DNA from: Eledone cirrhosa
Taxonomy: Eukaryota
Assembly: GCA_964016885.1 (NCBI GenBank)
Contig: OZ024741.1
Coordinates: 317,812,001 to 317,876,000 of the forward strand
Direction of reading: 5' to 3'
DNA: 64,000 nt
Made by a program: the position numbers and the translations under genes. This document shows, one piece after another, positions 41,733 to 55,750 of the stretch (position 1 is the first letter of the stretch; each line of letters begins with the position of its first letter). The notes beneath the pieces were generated by a model. That model was not told the DNA's origin, ran no database searches, and was given only the letters and a program-made list of their open reading frames with translations.

Positions 41733-43495
41733 CTAGCTCTACAGTGTGTACCTGAGTATCTATTGCCCTAGGCTACCTCTACAGTGTGTACCTGAGTATC
41801 TATTGCCCTAGGCTACCTCTACAGTGTGTACCTGAGTATTTAGCACCCCACGCTAGCTCTATAATGTGTACCTAGCTATTTAGTGTCCTAGGCTAACTCT
41901 ACAATGTGTACCTGGGTATTTAGTATCCTAGGCTAACTCTACAATGTGAACCTATGTATTTAGTACCCTAGGCAAGCTCTACAGTGTGTACCTAGCTATC
42001 TAGTGTTCTAGGCTAGCCCTACAGTGTGTACCTGGGTATTTAGCACCCTAAGCTAGCTCTACAATGTCTACCTAGGTATTTATTGCCCTAGGTTAGCTCT
42101 ATAATGTGTGCCTGGGTATTTAGTGCCCTAGGCTAGCTCTAAAACGTCTACCTGGGTATCTAGACCCTAAGCTAGCTCTATGTGTACCTAGCTATTTAGT
42201 GTCCTACGTTAGCTCTGCAGTGTGTACTTGGGTATTTAGTGTCCTATGCTAGCTCTGCAGTGTGTACCTGGGTATTTAGTGTCCTACGTTAGCTCTGCAG
42301 TGTGTACCTGGGTATTTAGTGTCCTACGTTAGCTCTGCAGTGTGTACCTGGGTATTTAGTGTCCTACGTTAGCTCTGTAGTGTGTATCTGGGTATTTAGT
42401 GTCCTACGTTAGCTCTGCAGTGTGTACCTGGGTATTTAGTGTCCTACGTTAGCTCTGTAGTGTGTATCTGGGTATTTAGTGTCCTACGTTAGCTCTGTAG
42501 TGTGTATCTGGGTATTTAGTGTCCTAGGCTAGCGCTATAATGTGTACCTGGGTATTTAGTGTCCTAGGTTAGCTCTACAATGTGTACCTGGGTATTTAGT
42601 GTCCTAGGCTAGCGCTATAATGTGTACCTGGGTATTTAGTGTCCTACGTTAGCTCTGCAGTGTGTACCTGGGTATTTAGTGTCCTAGGCTAGCGCTATAA
42701 TGTGTACCTGGGTATTTAGTGTCCTAGGTTAGCTCAACAATGTGTATCTTGGTATCTAACACCCTAAGCTAGCTCTATAATGTGTACCTAGCTATTTAAT
42801 ATCCTACGCTAGCTCTACAGTCTATACCTGGGTATTTAGTGTTCTAGGTTAGCTCTACAATGTGCACCTGGATATTTCGGACCCTAGATTGGCTCTACAA
42901 TGTGCACCTGTATATTTAGAGCCCTAGGTTAGCTCTACAATGTATACCTGGATATTTAGTACCCATAGACTAGCTCTACAATGTGTGCCCAGGTATTTAG
43001 TGCCCTAGGCTAGATTTACTATGTGTACTTGGGTATGTAATGTCCTAGGCTAGCTCTATAATGTGTACCTAGGTTTAGTGCTTTAAGCTAGCTCTACAGT
43101 ATATGCCTAAGTATTTATCACCCTAGGATAGCCCTACATTGTATAACTGGGTATTTGTTCCCTAAGCTCGCTCTACAATGTGTACCTAAGTATTAATGCC
43201 ATAGGGTAGCTCTACAATGTATACCCTAAGCTAACTTTATAATGTGTACCTAGCTATTTAATGTCCTAGACTAGCTCTACAGACTAGCTATTTAGTGCCC
43301 TAGGCTAGCCCTATTATGTGTATCTAGCTATTTAGTGCCCTTGGCTAGCTCTACAATATGTACTTGCGTATTTAGTGCCCTAGGCTATCTCTACAATGTG
43401 TACCTAGGTTTTTATTGCGCCAGGCTAGCTCTACCATGCGTGCCTGGGTATTTAGTGTCCTTGGCTAGCTCTATAATGTGTACCTGGATATTTAG
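41733..43495. repeat. 40-bp minisatellite, ~44 copies
   Basis: Unit agctctacagtgtgtacctgggtatttagtgtcctaggct; homogeneous core 42210-42720; preceded at 41630 by a MITE end homologous to 45431. Confidence 0.96.
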
Positions 43496-43930
43496 CCCCA
43501 AAATGCCCCCCCCCCCCCCCTGCCTCTCTCTCAAATAAAATAACTTTAACTTAAAGGTTTGGTAACCTAGTTTTTGACACTTCTGCTGACCGCAGTAATA
43601 AAATTTCTAAGCCTGCATTTTACACCACACAGTTCACACCCACCCACTCTAGGTCGTAACACCATTTAACCCTCTCCACTATTTTAGATATTACCACAAC
43701 ACTGCAATGCGGCAGAGATATTTAGTGATTTATATATTAGTGGCAGGAAATTATTATATATTTAATTTAATTATAGAAATTTGTATAAAACTGATACACC
43801 TTTCTGAGGTTTGCACCCTAGGTGGTTGCCTAATTCACCTTAATGGTAGCGTCAGCCTTGATGTTGTAGTTTATTTGAAGCATGATATCACGTTCCATTT
43901 CCTTTCTTTTGAAAAAAAAATGTCCTAACC

Positions 43931-44067
43931 AAGTGCTGGATTTACCATTGTGCTGGAGGGGGAGGGTAATTTCCTGCCAAAAAAATGTTTTACGATAAAT
44001 TTTTCAAGTGTAAGGGGCCTCATAACTTAACTAACACAGGGCCACATTTGTCCTAAATCCGGCACTG
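43931..44067. mobile_element. hAT-type MITE with 8-bp TSD
   Basis: TSD tcctaacc on both sides; TIR agtgctggattta / taaatccggcact. Confidence 0.85.
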
Positions 44068-44635
44068 TCCTAACCCTCAAATATGAAATATAAGGTAAAA
44101 ATGGGAATTGTTGTTTTGTTTTGCTTGTTTTACATTACTCTACTCTGGCTTTCACTATTGTATTTCTAACTTGCGTTGCACTGGTTTTCACCACCATCCA
44201 AATTCTAACCAAATGTGTTATTTTTTTTTTTTTTTTTTTTATCGTTGTTTCTCTTCTTTTTTTGTAGGTTTTAAAATCTTTTTACTAAGTCTACAGAAAT
44301 AGTGGAATGAAACATTCTACAGGAAACAAAATGACACCAATGTTGGGTTGCATGTTTCTCCCAAATGTTGTGATGCCATCTATAAAGGCGACTTCATATA
44401 TCTACCTGTTGATTTCAAGCACATCTGGAATGTCTATGGATTACTGAAAGCTGACATGAATTGTGTTATAAACCAGTTATTGTATGTATACGTTCGTACT
44501 TCTTCAATTTTCTGTATTTAAAGAATAGAAAGTGAGAAAAATTGAAGGGGAATAAAATTGGCCAAACTCAGCTGATAAATATTTCTATTGAAAGAAAATT
44601 CCAAATATATGGATGAGAAAAGAACAGTATAAGCC

Positions 44636-44716
44636 ATGCATTCTTCAAAATCTTTATACCATACTAGAATATAAACCATGTATTCTTCAAAATCTCTGTA
44701 CCGTACTACAATATAA
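44636..44716 (+). promoter_or_regulatory. Two tandem 12-codon uORFs duplicated from the ZNF-B start (42-bp repeat)
   Basis: ATG at 44636 and 44678, each ending in TAA; the third unit's ATG (44720) opens the main ORF. Confidence 0.6.
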
Positions 44717-44719
44717 GCC

Positions 44720-45395
44720 ATGTATTCTTCAAAATCTCTATACAGTACTTCGATGCTGGACCACAGCAACCACCATCTTGATAAGTCCCTGTATAATACT
44801 TCAATGTTAGATGATAACTGTCGAAGAATTGATCATGATATTATTGAGAAAAGCCACTTAGACCACCACTCAAATCTGAAAATGGGTGTTATCCCAAGGA
44901 GTGAGGATTCACATCATGACACCCTAAAGTCCTATAACAGTCACTATAGCAGTAATAGCAACAATAGCCTTAAAATGAAAATAATAACGACAGGCACTTC
45001 TGGGTTTCCATACATTGCTGAGAATGACATGAACAGAAACAGTAACATTGATGATACTGATTCTGAAAATATCACTACCACCAACAACAACACCAAAAGC
45101 AAGCTAGGGTTTATTCCTAACTCTCCTTACATTGGTATCAGCCTTAGTATGAAGAAACCGTACAAATGTGGAACCTGCCGTAAAGGTTTTGCTCAACGCG
45201 GCCATTTGATAAATCATGAGTTAGGTGGCCGGAAGCATTTTTTCTGTACGTTCTGTAACAAAGCCTTCTCGCAGGAGATTATACTGCGCAATCATGTAAG
45301 AACCCACACTGGTGAGCGGCCATTTCACTGTAGCTACTGCACTAGAACTTTTTGCCAGGTCACTGAATGGAGGAACCATGAAAGAACACATACAG
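44720..45395 (+). CDS. C2H2 zinc-finger protein (ZNF-B), coding exon 1
   Basis: ORF with KPYKCGTC.., FFCTFC..HVRTH, TGERPFHC..HERTHT; donor ACAG|gtaagt, phase 1. Confidence 0.9.
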
Positions 45396-45430
45396 GTAAG
45401 TAACAACAGGATTTCTCATCATCATTTAAT

Positions 45431-45808
45431 CAGACCTGGCAACCTCTAAAAACCCAAACGGGGAGTACCATGAAAACGTGTCCCAAAATGGGGAGAAATG
45501 AGGCAAAATGGGAGATTTTACATAATTGTTTCTACTTTTGGCACAAGGCCAGCAATTACCCAGTGCATTACTGGTACTTTATTTTATCGACCCCGTAAGG
45601 ATGAAAGGCAAAGTTAACCTCGGCGGGATTTGAACTCAGACCGTAAAGGGACGTAACTATGCTGGAAAGCATGGCATCCGACTCTCTACCGATACTGCCA
45701 ATCCACCATAATGAAAGCTATACCCATTTTCACAAGAGAAGACATCTCTCACTCACTCAAAAGTGGGTGGGAGATTTCCCTGTCGGATGGGGAGAGTTGA
45801 CATGTCTG
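45431..45808. mobile_element. MITE (hAT-like) carrying a nested SINE, intronic
   Basis: TIR cagacctggcaac / gttgacatgtctg; SINE at ~45525-45710. Confidence 0.7.
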
Positions 45809-46054
45809 ATTTAAAGCCTGCTTTCCATGCTGATATGTGTTAGACACAATGCTGTATCAGGTTAATGTAGGGTCTGGAGCATATACTGTAAAGGGATCCT
45901 AAATTAAGACCAAAAAAAAATAACAAACATTAAAGGCAATATATCACTATAGAATAAAGCATCAAGCATGGGGCCTCTGAAAATGTGGAGTATGTAGCAA
46001 ATGTTAGAGTTGCTACAAGGTTAAACTGGCACACAACCTTTATCCAGCCATTCG

Positions 46055-47180
46055 TCATCATCATCATCATCATCATCACCGTTTAACGTCCATTTTTCAC
46101 GCTGGCATGGGTTAGATGGGTTGTCCCATTGTGAGACAAGCCAGATCACATGACCATGGCTTGCTCATACAGATCTGATTCTGGCTTGGTTTCTACAGCT
46201 GGATGCCCTTCCTAACGCCAACCACATTTACAGTGTGTACTGGGTGCTTTCTGTCGTAACACCTACATGACCACTTTACAGTGAGGATTAGGCACTTGTT
46301 GTCATGGCACCAAAACAACCACTTTACAGTGTGGACTGGGGACTTGGGTGGGGGAGGTGCATGGGAATTTGGAAGGTAGATTTAGGCATGGGTGAGGTGT
46401 GGGGTGATGGAAGGGTAGGTGAAGCAAACTAGATATATGCCTCAGCTCCTGCACATGGGAAGGCGGGTTTTCTGTGTTACTGCATAATGCTGTATCATCG
46501 CCTTCGAGAGGTGCAATTGTGCAAGGTCAGCTTTTATCACTTCATCCCATAGCTTCCATCAACCTTGAGCATTCTACACCTTTTTATACAGCTGTCATCG
46601 TTCATAAGCATGACATGTCCATACCAACACAATCTCCCCTCCTGCACACTGCACCTCATCCTTCTTATGCCCAGTTTTTCTCTCAGTTCATTTATGTTTT
46701 GCCATTTATGTATTACATATCCATCAAAGCTTGGAAGCTTCATTTCTTTCCAATATTCGCAGGTCCTCTGCACACAGTGCCCAGGTCTCACTACCATGCA
46801 ACATTGCTTTTCATATACATGCATCATACAATCTGCCCTTCATTTTAAGGGAAAAACCTTTTGTAGTTAGCAGCAGTAGTAACACCCTGAACTTTTTCCA
46901 ATCTGTTCTCACTCTGGTTACTGTGCTTTCGGAACACCCTCCTTCACTGCTAATTTGGTCACACAAGTAACAGAAACTATCAACTACTTCTACAGAGCCC
47001 TCTGGGCATTTGAAGTAGCTTGTATCCTGTGGTTTCTTGTTACTTACTTGCGACTTTGGTCCTCACACTGCAAAACATGCTTAAATTTTTTAAATCACAG
47101 CAGTCTTGGGGAATATGGAAGAGGACTTTTAGCAAAGGTTACTCTTCTTGCTACTAGGTTAATTTTGTTCATACATTCCA
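46055..47180 (-). mobile_element. Intronic RTE 3' fragment with tail
   Basis: Minus: NINELREKLGIRR..RLCWYGHV; (CAT)n at 46055 is the tail. Confidence 0.85.
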
Positions 47181-47741
47181 TATTTTGACAATGTTTCTAC
47201 AGCTGGATGCCATTCCTAATGCCAACTACTTTACAGAGTCTACTGGGAGCATAAATTTAATGGTACCAGCACAAACACTTTACCGAGTGTTCTGGACGCA
47301 TTTTATAATAGGACCAGCACTATTACTTTACCAAATGTAATGGGTCATTTTATCATGGCACCAGCACTAACACTTTACTGAGTGTATTGGGTGCATACTA
47401 TCATGGTACCAACACTAGAGACGTCAAGTCCCCAACATGACCAAGGAATACCTTTTACTTTATGTTGCCTTGCAATAGATTCAAAACTTTGTTTTAAAGT
47501 GTTTATATCTATCTAAAAACACTTCATTATAATTCTATGTAAGAATCCTTGTTATATTCCAAACCCCAGCTTAATAATGAGTAAGCTAGTAATATTACTA
47601 AATCACTCTAAATTCTTGCTTATTTTCAAAATTATTTCAAGCACATTGGTAGTGTATTTTACTAGAAATGTCAAAATGAAAGGATTAATTTTTATCTGTA
47701 TGAAATCTTTTTTCTAACAGTTAAATTTTATTTAATTACAG

Positions 47742-48619
47742 GTGAGAGGCCTTTCAAGTGTGCTCTGTGTCCCAAAGCTTTCTCTCAACAAGGCAATATG
47801 AAAATCCATATGAGAACCCATTCGGGTATAAAACCATACAAGTGTGACACTTGTGGAAAATGTTTCTCTCAAAAGAATAATTTGCGCAACCACATTCGCA
47901 CCCACACAGGTGAGAAGCCACACAGGTGTGCAGTTTGTCAGAAATCCTTCGCTCAGGTGACGAATCTCAACAATCATGAACGGACACACACTTTGGAGGA
48001 GTTACAGAGAGTTTTCATCCAGCAGCCTCCTGCTCATACGCAACCCATGAACCCACATCAGAACATGTCCATGACATCATCAATCCCATCCTCGCCGTCA
48101 TCATCTTCATCATCATCTCCTATTGCAGCAGGCAACAATGCTGTAACAGGGGGTGTCGGCATCTCATTACCATCATCATCGTCTGGTATCTCCTCTTCAG
48201 TGCCAACTACTGTCCGGCCACAGGTGTTGAAAATCCCCACCACATGGATGATGTCCATGGCAAACTCCACACCATCATCTTCCTTGCCCTTGTCATCAGT
48301 TTCGTCAGCCATGTCGCCATCTTTGACGAACGTTTCCTCATATGCCCACCACCCTTCACATACACACAGCCATCCTTACCAAACATCAACAAATACACAT
48401 CTGCCCCCTTTACCTACCATCCCCATGCCTCCTAGCTGGCAAAACGGCTATGCCGCATGTTCCCCGACCATGATCCCAAACCCATCTTCACGTTGGGGCT
48501 CCTCTGTAATGATGGCAAATCAGTCGGCATTCCCAGGAATGTTGCTCCTTGATGATGCTAGAACAGATATTCAAGACTCTCCTGAAAATTTAACCCAAAG
48601 ATGGCAAGTGAACACATAG
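47742..48619 (+). CDS. ZNF-B coding exon 2 (three fingers plus Ser/Pro-rich tail); spliced product 517 aa
   Basis: Acceptor ttacag|GTGAGAGG restores the TGERPFKC linker in frame with ORF 47798-48619. Confidence 0.9.
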
Positions 48620-48689
48620 GGCTAAAGCCAAAGAATTCAAATATATCTATATATGCAAGAGAGTGTGCATATACACATACATACATGTA

Positions 48690-48767
<78 letters not shown>

Positions 48768-48782
48768 AAGGATATATAAATG

Positions 48783-48818
<36 letters not shown>

Positions 48819-48896
48819 TATAAATGTATATATATATATATATATATATAAATGTATATATAATATATATAAATGTATATATAATATATATAAATG

Positions 48897-48943
<47 letters not shown>

Positions 48944-49169
48944 TATATAATATATATATAATATATATATAATATATATATAATATATATATAAATACAC
49001 ACACACAAAGAGAGGGACAAACAGACAGATGTATTATTTAAACATTAAGATTTAAAAACCTCTTAGTTTCATCATTGCACAAATTATGTATCAGTCAGTC
49101 AGCTGGTTGCGGACACCAGATGTTCTTTTTTCTATTTTGATACACACATACACATATACAGATATATAC

Positions 49170-49215
<46 letters not shown>

Positions 49216-49325
49216 TTATCATCATCATCATCCTTTACAATCACTATTTAATCAGAGCTACTGACCTCCCAGATGGGCAAGGGACCTGCTTCTCTCTTAC
49301 ATACATTCCTACAGTCTACAGAGTG

Positions 49326-49365
<40 letters not shown>

Positions 49366-49450
49366 TAAATGATTATTTAATTTATTAACTCTTCATTGAG
49401 CCACAAAGTGACCCGTTGCAAAACACATATATATATATATATGTAAACCT

Positions 49451-49503
<53 letters not shown>

Positions 49504-49507
49504 CACG

Positions 49508-49567
<60 letters not shown>

Positions 49568-50321
49568 AATGCTTGGATTTATGAACACAAGGCAAAAGTA
49601 CCCAGTTCCAAAGTAGAATATAATAATTATTTTTATTATATTACTGAGGCTACTCGTTGCTGCTACTCTGAAGTTTGATGATAACTGTCTGATCACGTAA
49701 ATCTTGTGTCATCATCAAGTAATCATGAAATTCAAAATAGAAGGTGAATAAGCTCAGTAATATAATAAATACACACATGCGCACACACATATATTTCAAG
49801 AATAAACGAGACAAACACAGAACTGTAAAAACATAAAGTCTTATTAGTTTTACGCTTGAGAAGAGGTAAATGAGGGTTTGGGGCAGCATGCTGTGTTCTT
49901 TAGAAAAACTTTTTACTTCATTTTTCTCAAGTCTACTCAGTTGAAAATGAGTATCAATAGCAAGCTATGGGTTAACCCTGTGATAGACGTATACTCAAAC
50001 ACATAATCCTAGCTCATTTCATAGTTCAAAAGCGCCATATTATGTTCTCTTATGAAAACTACTCAAATTAAACATCCATTGTAAAAATCATAGAGTTGTA
50101 CTAACACAACATTACAACAGATAATGTAATAATTGAACACTAGTAGATAAGTATGAGTCCTGTTCTGTGATGGCTAGCTGTGAACACATTTCTTTTGAAC
50201 AGTGAAATCACAGAACATGCTGTCCAGTTATTTTCTGATAACACCTATATATATATATATAAACACAAGCATAGAAAAACATGTAAAACGGTGATAATGA
50301 TGATGATAATTTATATGTATG

Positions 50322-50393
<72 letters not shown>

Positions 50394-50396
50394 CAC

Positions 50397-51815
50397 ATGG
50401 GATGCCCCAAAGGTCACTAGATGATTTCGAAATATAATAACCCTTTATTTATTAAATATTCACATTTATTGTTTTATAAACAATAAATACACTTCTTGGA
50501 AAACATTTTTAATTAGTTTTGAAAAATACGTCTTTTGAATGCCCACCATTTTGTTCTTGACAATGGTGGATTCTTTCTAAAGAGTGTTCCATCACCGCTT
50601 GTAATGTTTTGTGACTTATTCCTATAATTTTTTCTTGGACTTTGGCCTTCAGTTGCTAGATCGTCTGAGGTTTGTTATGCTATATGCTGTCTTTCAGGAA
50701 AAGGTCTGGAGCCGTTAAATCGGGTGAGCATAAAGGCCAATTGAATTTAGAGTTTCTCAAAATTATCCTCCTCGAGTTCTATGGGCTGTAGCCCCATCAT
50801 GCAGCCACCATATCTCTGGTGTGTTCTCAACTGCAGGACACAAAATGTTCCAGCATGTCCTGATACCTTTCTCCTGTGACAGTTAGTGTGTTTTCTGTCT
50901 CAGCCTCAAAGAGGTAAGGACCAAGAACACTTTCCACACTTACCCCCACACCAAACTTTTATTTTATGTGGTGTAGCTCATGTGGGTTTTCTGTCCTTCT
51001 AAATCAGATATTTTGTTTATCGATACTCTGTAATGTGGTTGTTTTGCTGTCACGATAAAAAGCAGCCAGTTCACACTGTGACGTGGTTGGTGTTAGGAAT
51101 GGCATCTAACCATAGAAACCAAGCCAAAATACAGATCTGTATGAACAAGATGTGGTCTCCTGACATAAATTGTCTCATAATGTGACAACCTGTATAACCT
51201 ATCTAAGTGTAGAAAAAGGAACGCTAATCGATGATGATGATGGCAAAGCCATTTAGATGAAAGTGAGCCTCGTTACCCATAATGTGATTGTGAATGAAAT
51301 CACCTTCTTGCCTTGCCTTATTTTTCAATCTGTGCAACATACACTAATCATACCCAATATTCTGCTGGCTTTATTTTATAGCTGCACTTTGTACAGGAAT
51401 ATATTCAGCATCCGTTGAATCTTCTGTAATGAGCTTTGGGATATGCTCAGCTAGTGGGACCTCCGTTGGGTTGACATTGAAGGCTCTTCTTCAATGCTCT
51501 GTTGTACACACTGATTGTTGTCCGATGGGCTTCCTGCATGTGGTGAGTCACTCACAGCCCCCTGTTGTTCAAACTGCTGAAATAAGTTGAGTATCACTTG
51601 TTTAGATGATGGTTGTCTGACTCTAGAATAACGAATGTAAGTTCTTTGAGTTAGCACAATTGATCATTGATTTTGTTTTGTAGATTAAATTATTTTTGCT
51701 TGCTGCTCTGTTGTGAATTTCTCCATGATTGTCTTCCAAGAATTACATGTCAATAATCTAAAACAAAAATGTTTTTTAAATTTATATTTTAAAATTGTCT
51801 AGTGACTTTTGGGCC

Positions 51816-51822
<7 letters not shown>
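50397..51822 (-). mobile_element. Tc1/mariner-superfamily transposon (DUF4817-like HTH + DDE), degenerate, interrupted by an RTE tail at ~51030-51243
   Basis: TIRs gggatgccccaaaggtcactaga / tctagtgacttttgggccaccc; minus-strand FQQFEQQGAVSD, NEAHFHLNG, DGATAH, WP..SPDLTAPD. Confidence 0.85.
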
Positions 51823-51872
<50 letters not shown>

Positions 51873-52368
51873 GCATATATGCACATATGTATGTACACAC
51901 ACACACACACACATATTAAATACAGTTATGCTACAGATTTTTCAGCCTCCATGATTCCAGATCCATGCTAAATGATCTATTTTATGGGATTATATAATTC
52001 CCTAGAAATATATTACGAAATAGGAAAGACAGTCTCTAGGCCGCAACTATAATGATATGAAAGTGTATATTGTACATATTTAAAATTAAATCTAATGTCA
52101 TCTGGTAGTAACCTCTTAACAGGAATTGACTAGACTGTCTGGTGGGTTGTTGGGAATTAAAATGTCCATCCATGATTATATCTGGATAAAAATAGGTGCT
52201 GGACCATCAGTTGCTGGAAAATCAGTGTTGTACCTATATATTTATATATATGTATGTATATATGTGTATGTAAGTATATATATATATATGTATGTGTCTA
52301 TATACATATATATATAAGAGAAAGAGAGAGACATATATATAGTGTGTGTATGTGTGTGTGTATATATG

Positions 52369-52401
<33 letters not shown>

Positions 52402-52657
52402 ATGTATGTATATATGTGTATATACAGTAGTATTAATTAGTTTATAAACAAGTGTATACTGTTGATTAAAAACAATTATTTCTGTTTATTTAATCACTTG
52501 TGATTCAAACTATATTGTTTGTATGAATATATATATGTAGAAGCATATATATAGAAGTGTGTGTGAGGATATACGTTTACGTGTACATGTTTATGTGCTC
52601 TTCAATACCTCACACACACTTATATATATATTTATGTATATGTATGTAATATATTTA

Positions 52658-52705
<48 letters not shown>

Positions 52706-52708
<3 letters not shown>

Positions 52709-53115
52709 GAGGGTAATCCCAAAAGTAAGGTCTCCAAAGCGATGGGAACATAGAGAAACTGTTCGTACGGCTGTTGCCAACACTGTTCTGATTGGTGCTT
52801 CCTTCACTCCCAAACAAGCATGCGGGCGCTTTGCTGGGATGCTCAATCTTGGCTTGGCAGCCGTTGAGAATGGAGCTGCCGTTGAACGCTACCGCCAAGT
52901 GCAAATTTCGCGTAGTTATTATATAGAGGGCAATCCCAAAAGTAAGGTCTCCTTCCGAGGAAAACGTGTAAAGATCGGCGGATCATTCTGGATGCTCTCT
53001 GCATTTTGGTTCCTGAGGTTTCCCGAAGCACCATCCACAGGATTTTAACAGAAAAGTTGCAATATCAGAAGTTGCAATATCGGAAGGAGACCTTACTTTT
53101 GAGATTGCCCTCGTA
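52706..53115. mobile_element. Mariner-type MITE with an extra internal TIR
   Basis: cgagggtaatcccaaaagtaaggtctcc / ggagaccttacttttgagattgccctcg; third TIR copy at ~52925. Confidence 0.82.
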
Positions 53116-53120
53116 TATAT

Positions 53121-53800
53121 ATCATCATCATCATCATCATCATCACCGTTTTACGTCCGTTCTTCCACGCTAGCATGGGTTAGACGGGTTGTCCTGTTGT
53201 GGGCAGTGTCTGGTCGGCTGACCATGCCTTGCTCATACAGGAACTGATCTGGCTTGATTTCTACAGCTGGATGCCCTTCCTAACACCAACCTCATTTACA
53301 TGTGGGCTGGGTGCTTTTTTGCCGTGGCACCTCCACGACCACCTTGCGGTGGGGGGGGGGCATATTGTTTATATGCTTCAGCATGTACCCATGGGAGGTC
53401 GGGTACCCTGTATTACTGCGTGACGCCAGAAGTCACGGTCGTGTGTCATTGACTTTGAGAGGTGTAGTTGTATATATGTGTATATATATATATCATCATC
53501 ATCATCATCATCATCAACGTTTAACGTCCGTGTTCCACGCTTGCATGGGTTTGGACGGGGGTAGTCCCACTTGAGGCAAGAGTGATTGTCTTGCTCGCAT
53601 AGGACTGTCTGGCAGGTTTTCTACAGTTGGATGCCCTTCCTAACACCAACCACATTTACAGTGTGGGTCTGGGAGGTTTTTACCGTGTTGCCTTCACGGC
53701 CACATTACAGCGTGGACTGTGTGTTTTTTTTGTCGTGACACCTACACGATCTCATTTGTTTCGGCCTGGATGGCGCGGCACCAACATAACTTTACATAGA
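53121..53800 (-). mobile_element. Two RTE-tail copies
   Basis: 53121-53450 is a close reverse complement of ~2495-2823; 53492-53690 matches 8476-8660. Confidence 0.85.
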
Positions 53801-53809
53801 ACGGGGTGG

Positions 53810-53887
53810 TATATATGTATATATATATTGAGAGGTGTAGTTGTATATATGTGTATATATATATATATATGTGTGTATATATATATG

Positions 53888-53952
<65 letters not shown>

Positions 53953-54033
53953 GTATATATATATATGTATATATATATATGTATATATATATATGTATAT
54001 ATATATACATGTATATATATGTATATATATATG

Positions 54034-54064
<31 letters not shown>

Positions 54065-54065
54065 G

Positions 54066-54150
<85 letters not shown>

Positions 54151-54241
54151 GTATATATATGTATGTATATATATGTATATATATGTATGTATATATATGT
54201 ATATATATATATGTATATATATATATGTATGTATATATATG

Positions 54242-54279
<38 letters not shown>

Positions 54280-54283
54280 TATG

Positions 54284-54321
<38 letters not shown>

Positions 54322-54397
54322 TGTATATATATATGTATATATATATATGTATGTATATATATGTATATATATGTATGTATATATATATATATATATG

Positions 54398-54435
<38 letters not shown>

Positions 54436-54547
54436 TGTATATATATATGTATATATATATATATGTATATATATATGTATATATATATGTATATATATAT
54501 GTATATTTATATGTATTTATATGTATATATATATGTATATATATATG

Positions 54548-54580
<33 letters not shown>

Positions 54581-54832
54581 GTATATATATGTATATATAT
54601 ATGTATATATATATGTATATATATGTATATATATATATGTATATATATGTATATATATATGTATATATATATATGTATATATATGTATATATATATGTAT
54701 ATATATATGTATATATATGTATATATATATGTGTATATATGTATATATATATATATATATGTATATATATGTATATGTATATATATGTATATATATATAT
54801 ATATGTATATATATGTATATATATATGTATAT
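53810..54832. repeat. (TA)n/TATG array
   Basis: Direct reading. Confidence 0.97.
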
Positions 54833-55298
54833 AACATCATCATCGTTTAACGTCCATTTTCCACGCTAGCATGGGTTAGACGGGAGTTGTCCCCCTTGAG
54901 GCTAGGTTGGTTGGGTGACCATGTCTCGCTCGTATAGGACTGTCTCGTATAGGACTTTCTAACACCAACCACATTTACAGTGTGGAACTCGGAACTTTTT
55001 ACTGTGTTAGCTACACGGCCACATTACAGCGTGGAATGTGTTTTTTTCTCGTGACACCTACACGATCTCGATCTCGATATCATCTCATTTATCTCATTTA
55101 TTTGGACTGGATGTTGTTGTACCAACTTTATAGAGAGAGGGTGGTGTTGGTGGGAGTGTGAGGATGGGGTAGGGGTAGTGGATAGGGGTAGTATATTTGG
55201 TTAAGAGGTACCTACTTGCTGTAGGTTTCGCTTTGTACATAGGCAAGGCGGGTCTTCTGTATTACTGCGTAGAGCCAAAGATCTCGGTCCAGTGACAT

Positions 55299-55329
<31 letters not shown>

Positions 55330-55336
55330 ATATATG

Positions 55337-55372
<36 letters not shown>

Positions 55373-55652
55373 CATATATAAGAGTGATGTGTTGTTTCCT
55401 TGAGCAAGACACTTTATTTCACATTGCTCCAGTTTACTCAGCTGTAGAAATGAGATGATAGGGACTAGGGTCCATTTCATTCCACTGCAAAGTGGTCGTG
55501 GAGATGCCATTGCAAAAAAGCACCCAGCACTCACTGTAAAATGAGGTTGGTGTTAGGAAGGGCATCCAGCTGTAGAAATCAAGCCAGAATCAGTTCCCGT
55601 CCCACCCTTGCAAGCAGGGAAAAAGTGGACGTAAAATGAAAAATATATGTAT

Positions 55653-55686
<34 letters not shown>

Positions 55687-55750
55687 ATATGTATAATATA
55701 TATATATGTATATATATATGCATATATATATATATATATATGTCTTAGTC

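Noticed and set aside
41733-43495. CRISPR-like regular array
   Set aside because: Head-to-tail 40-bp units with no unique spacers and no cas genes; eukaryotic context.
49660-49740. TTGATGAT...ATCATCAA hairpin resembling a ribozyme remnant
   Set aside because: Could not assemble core boxes and stems consistently.
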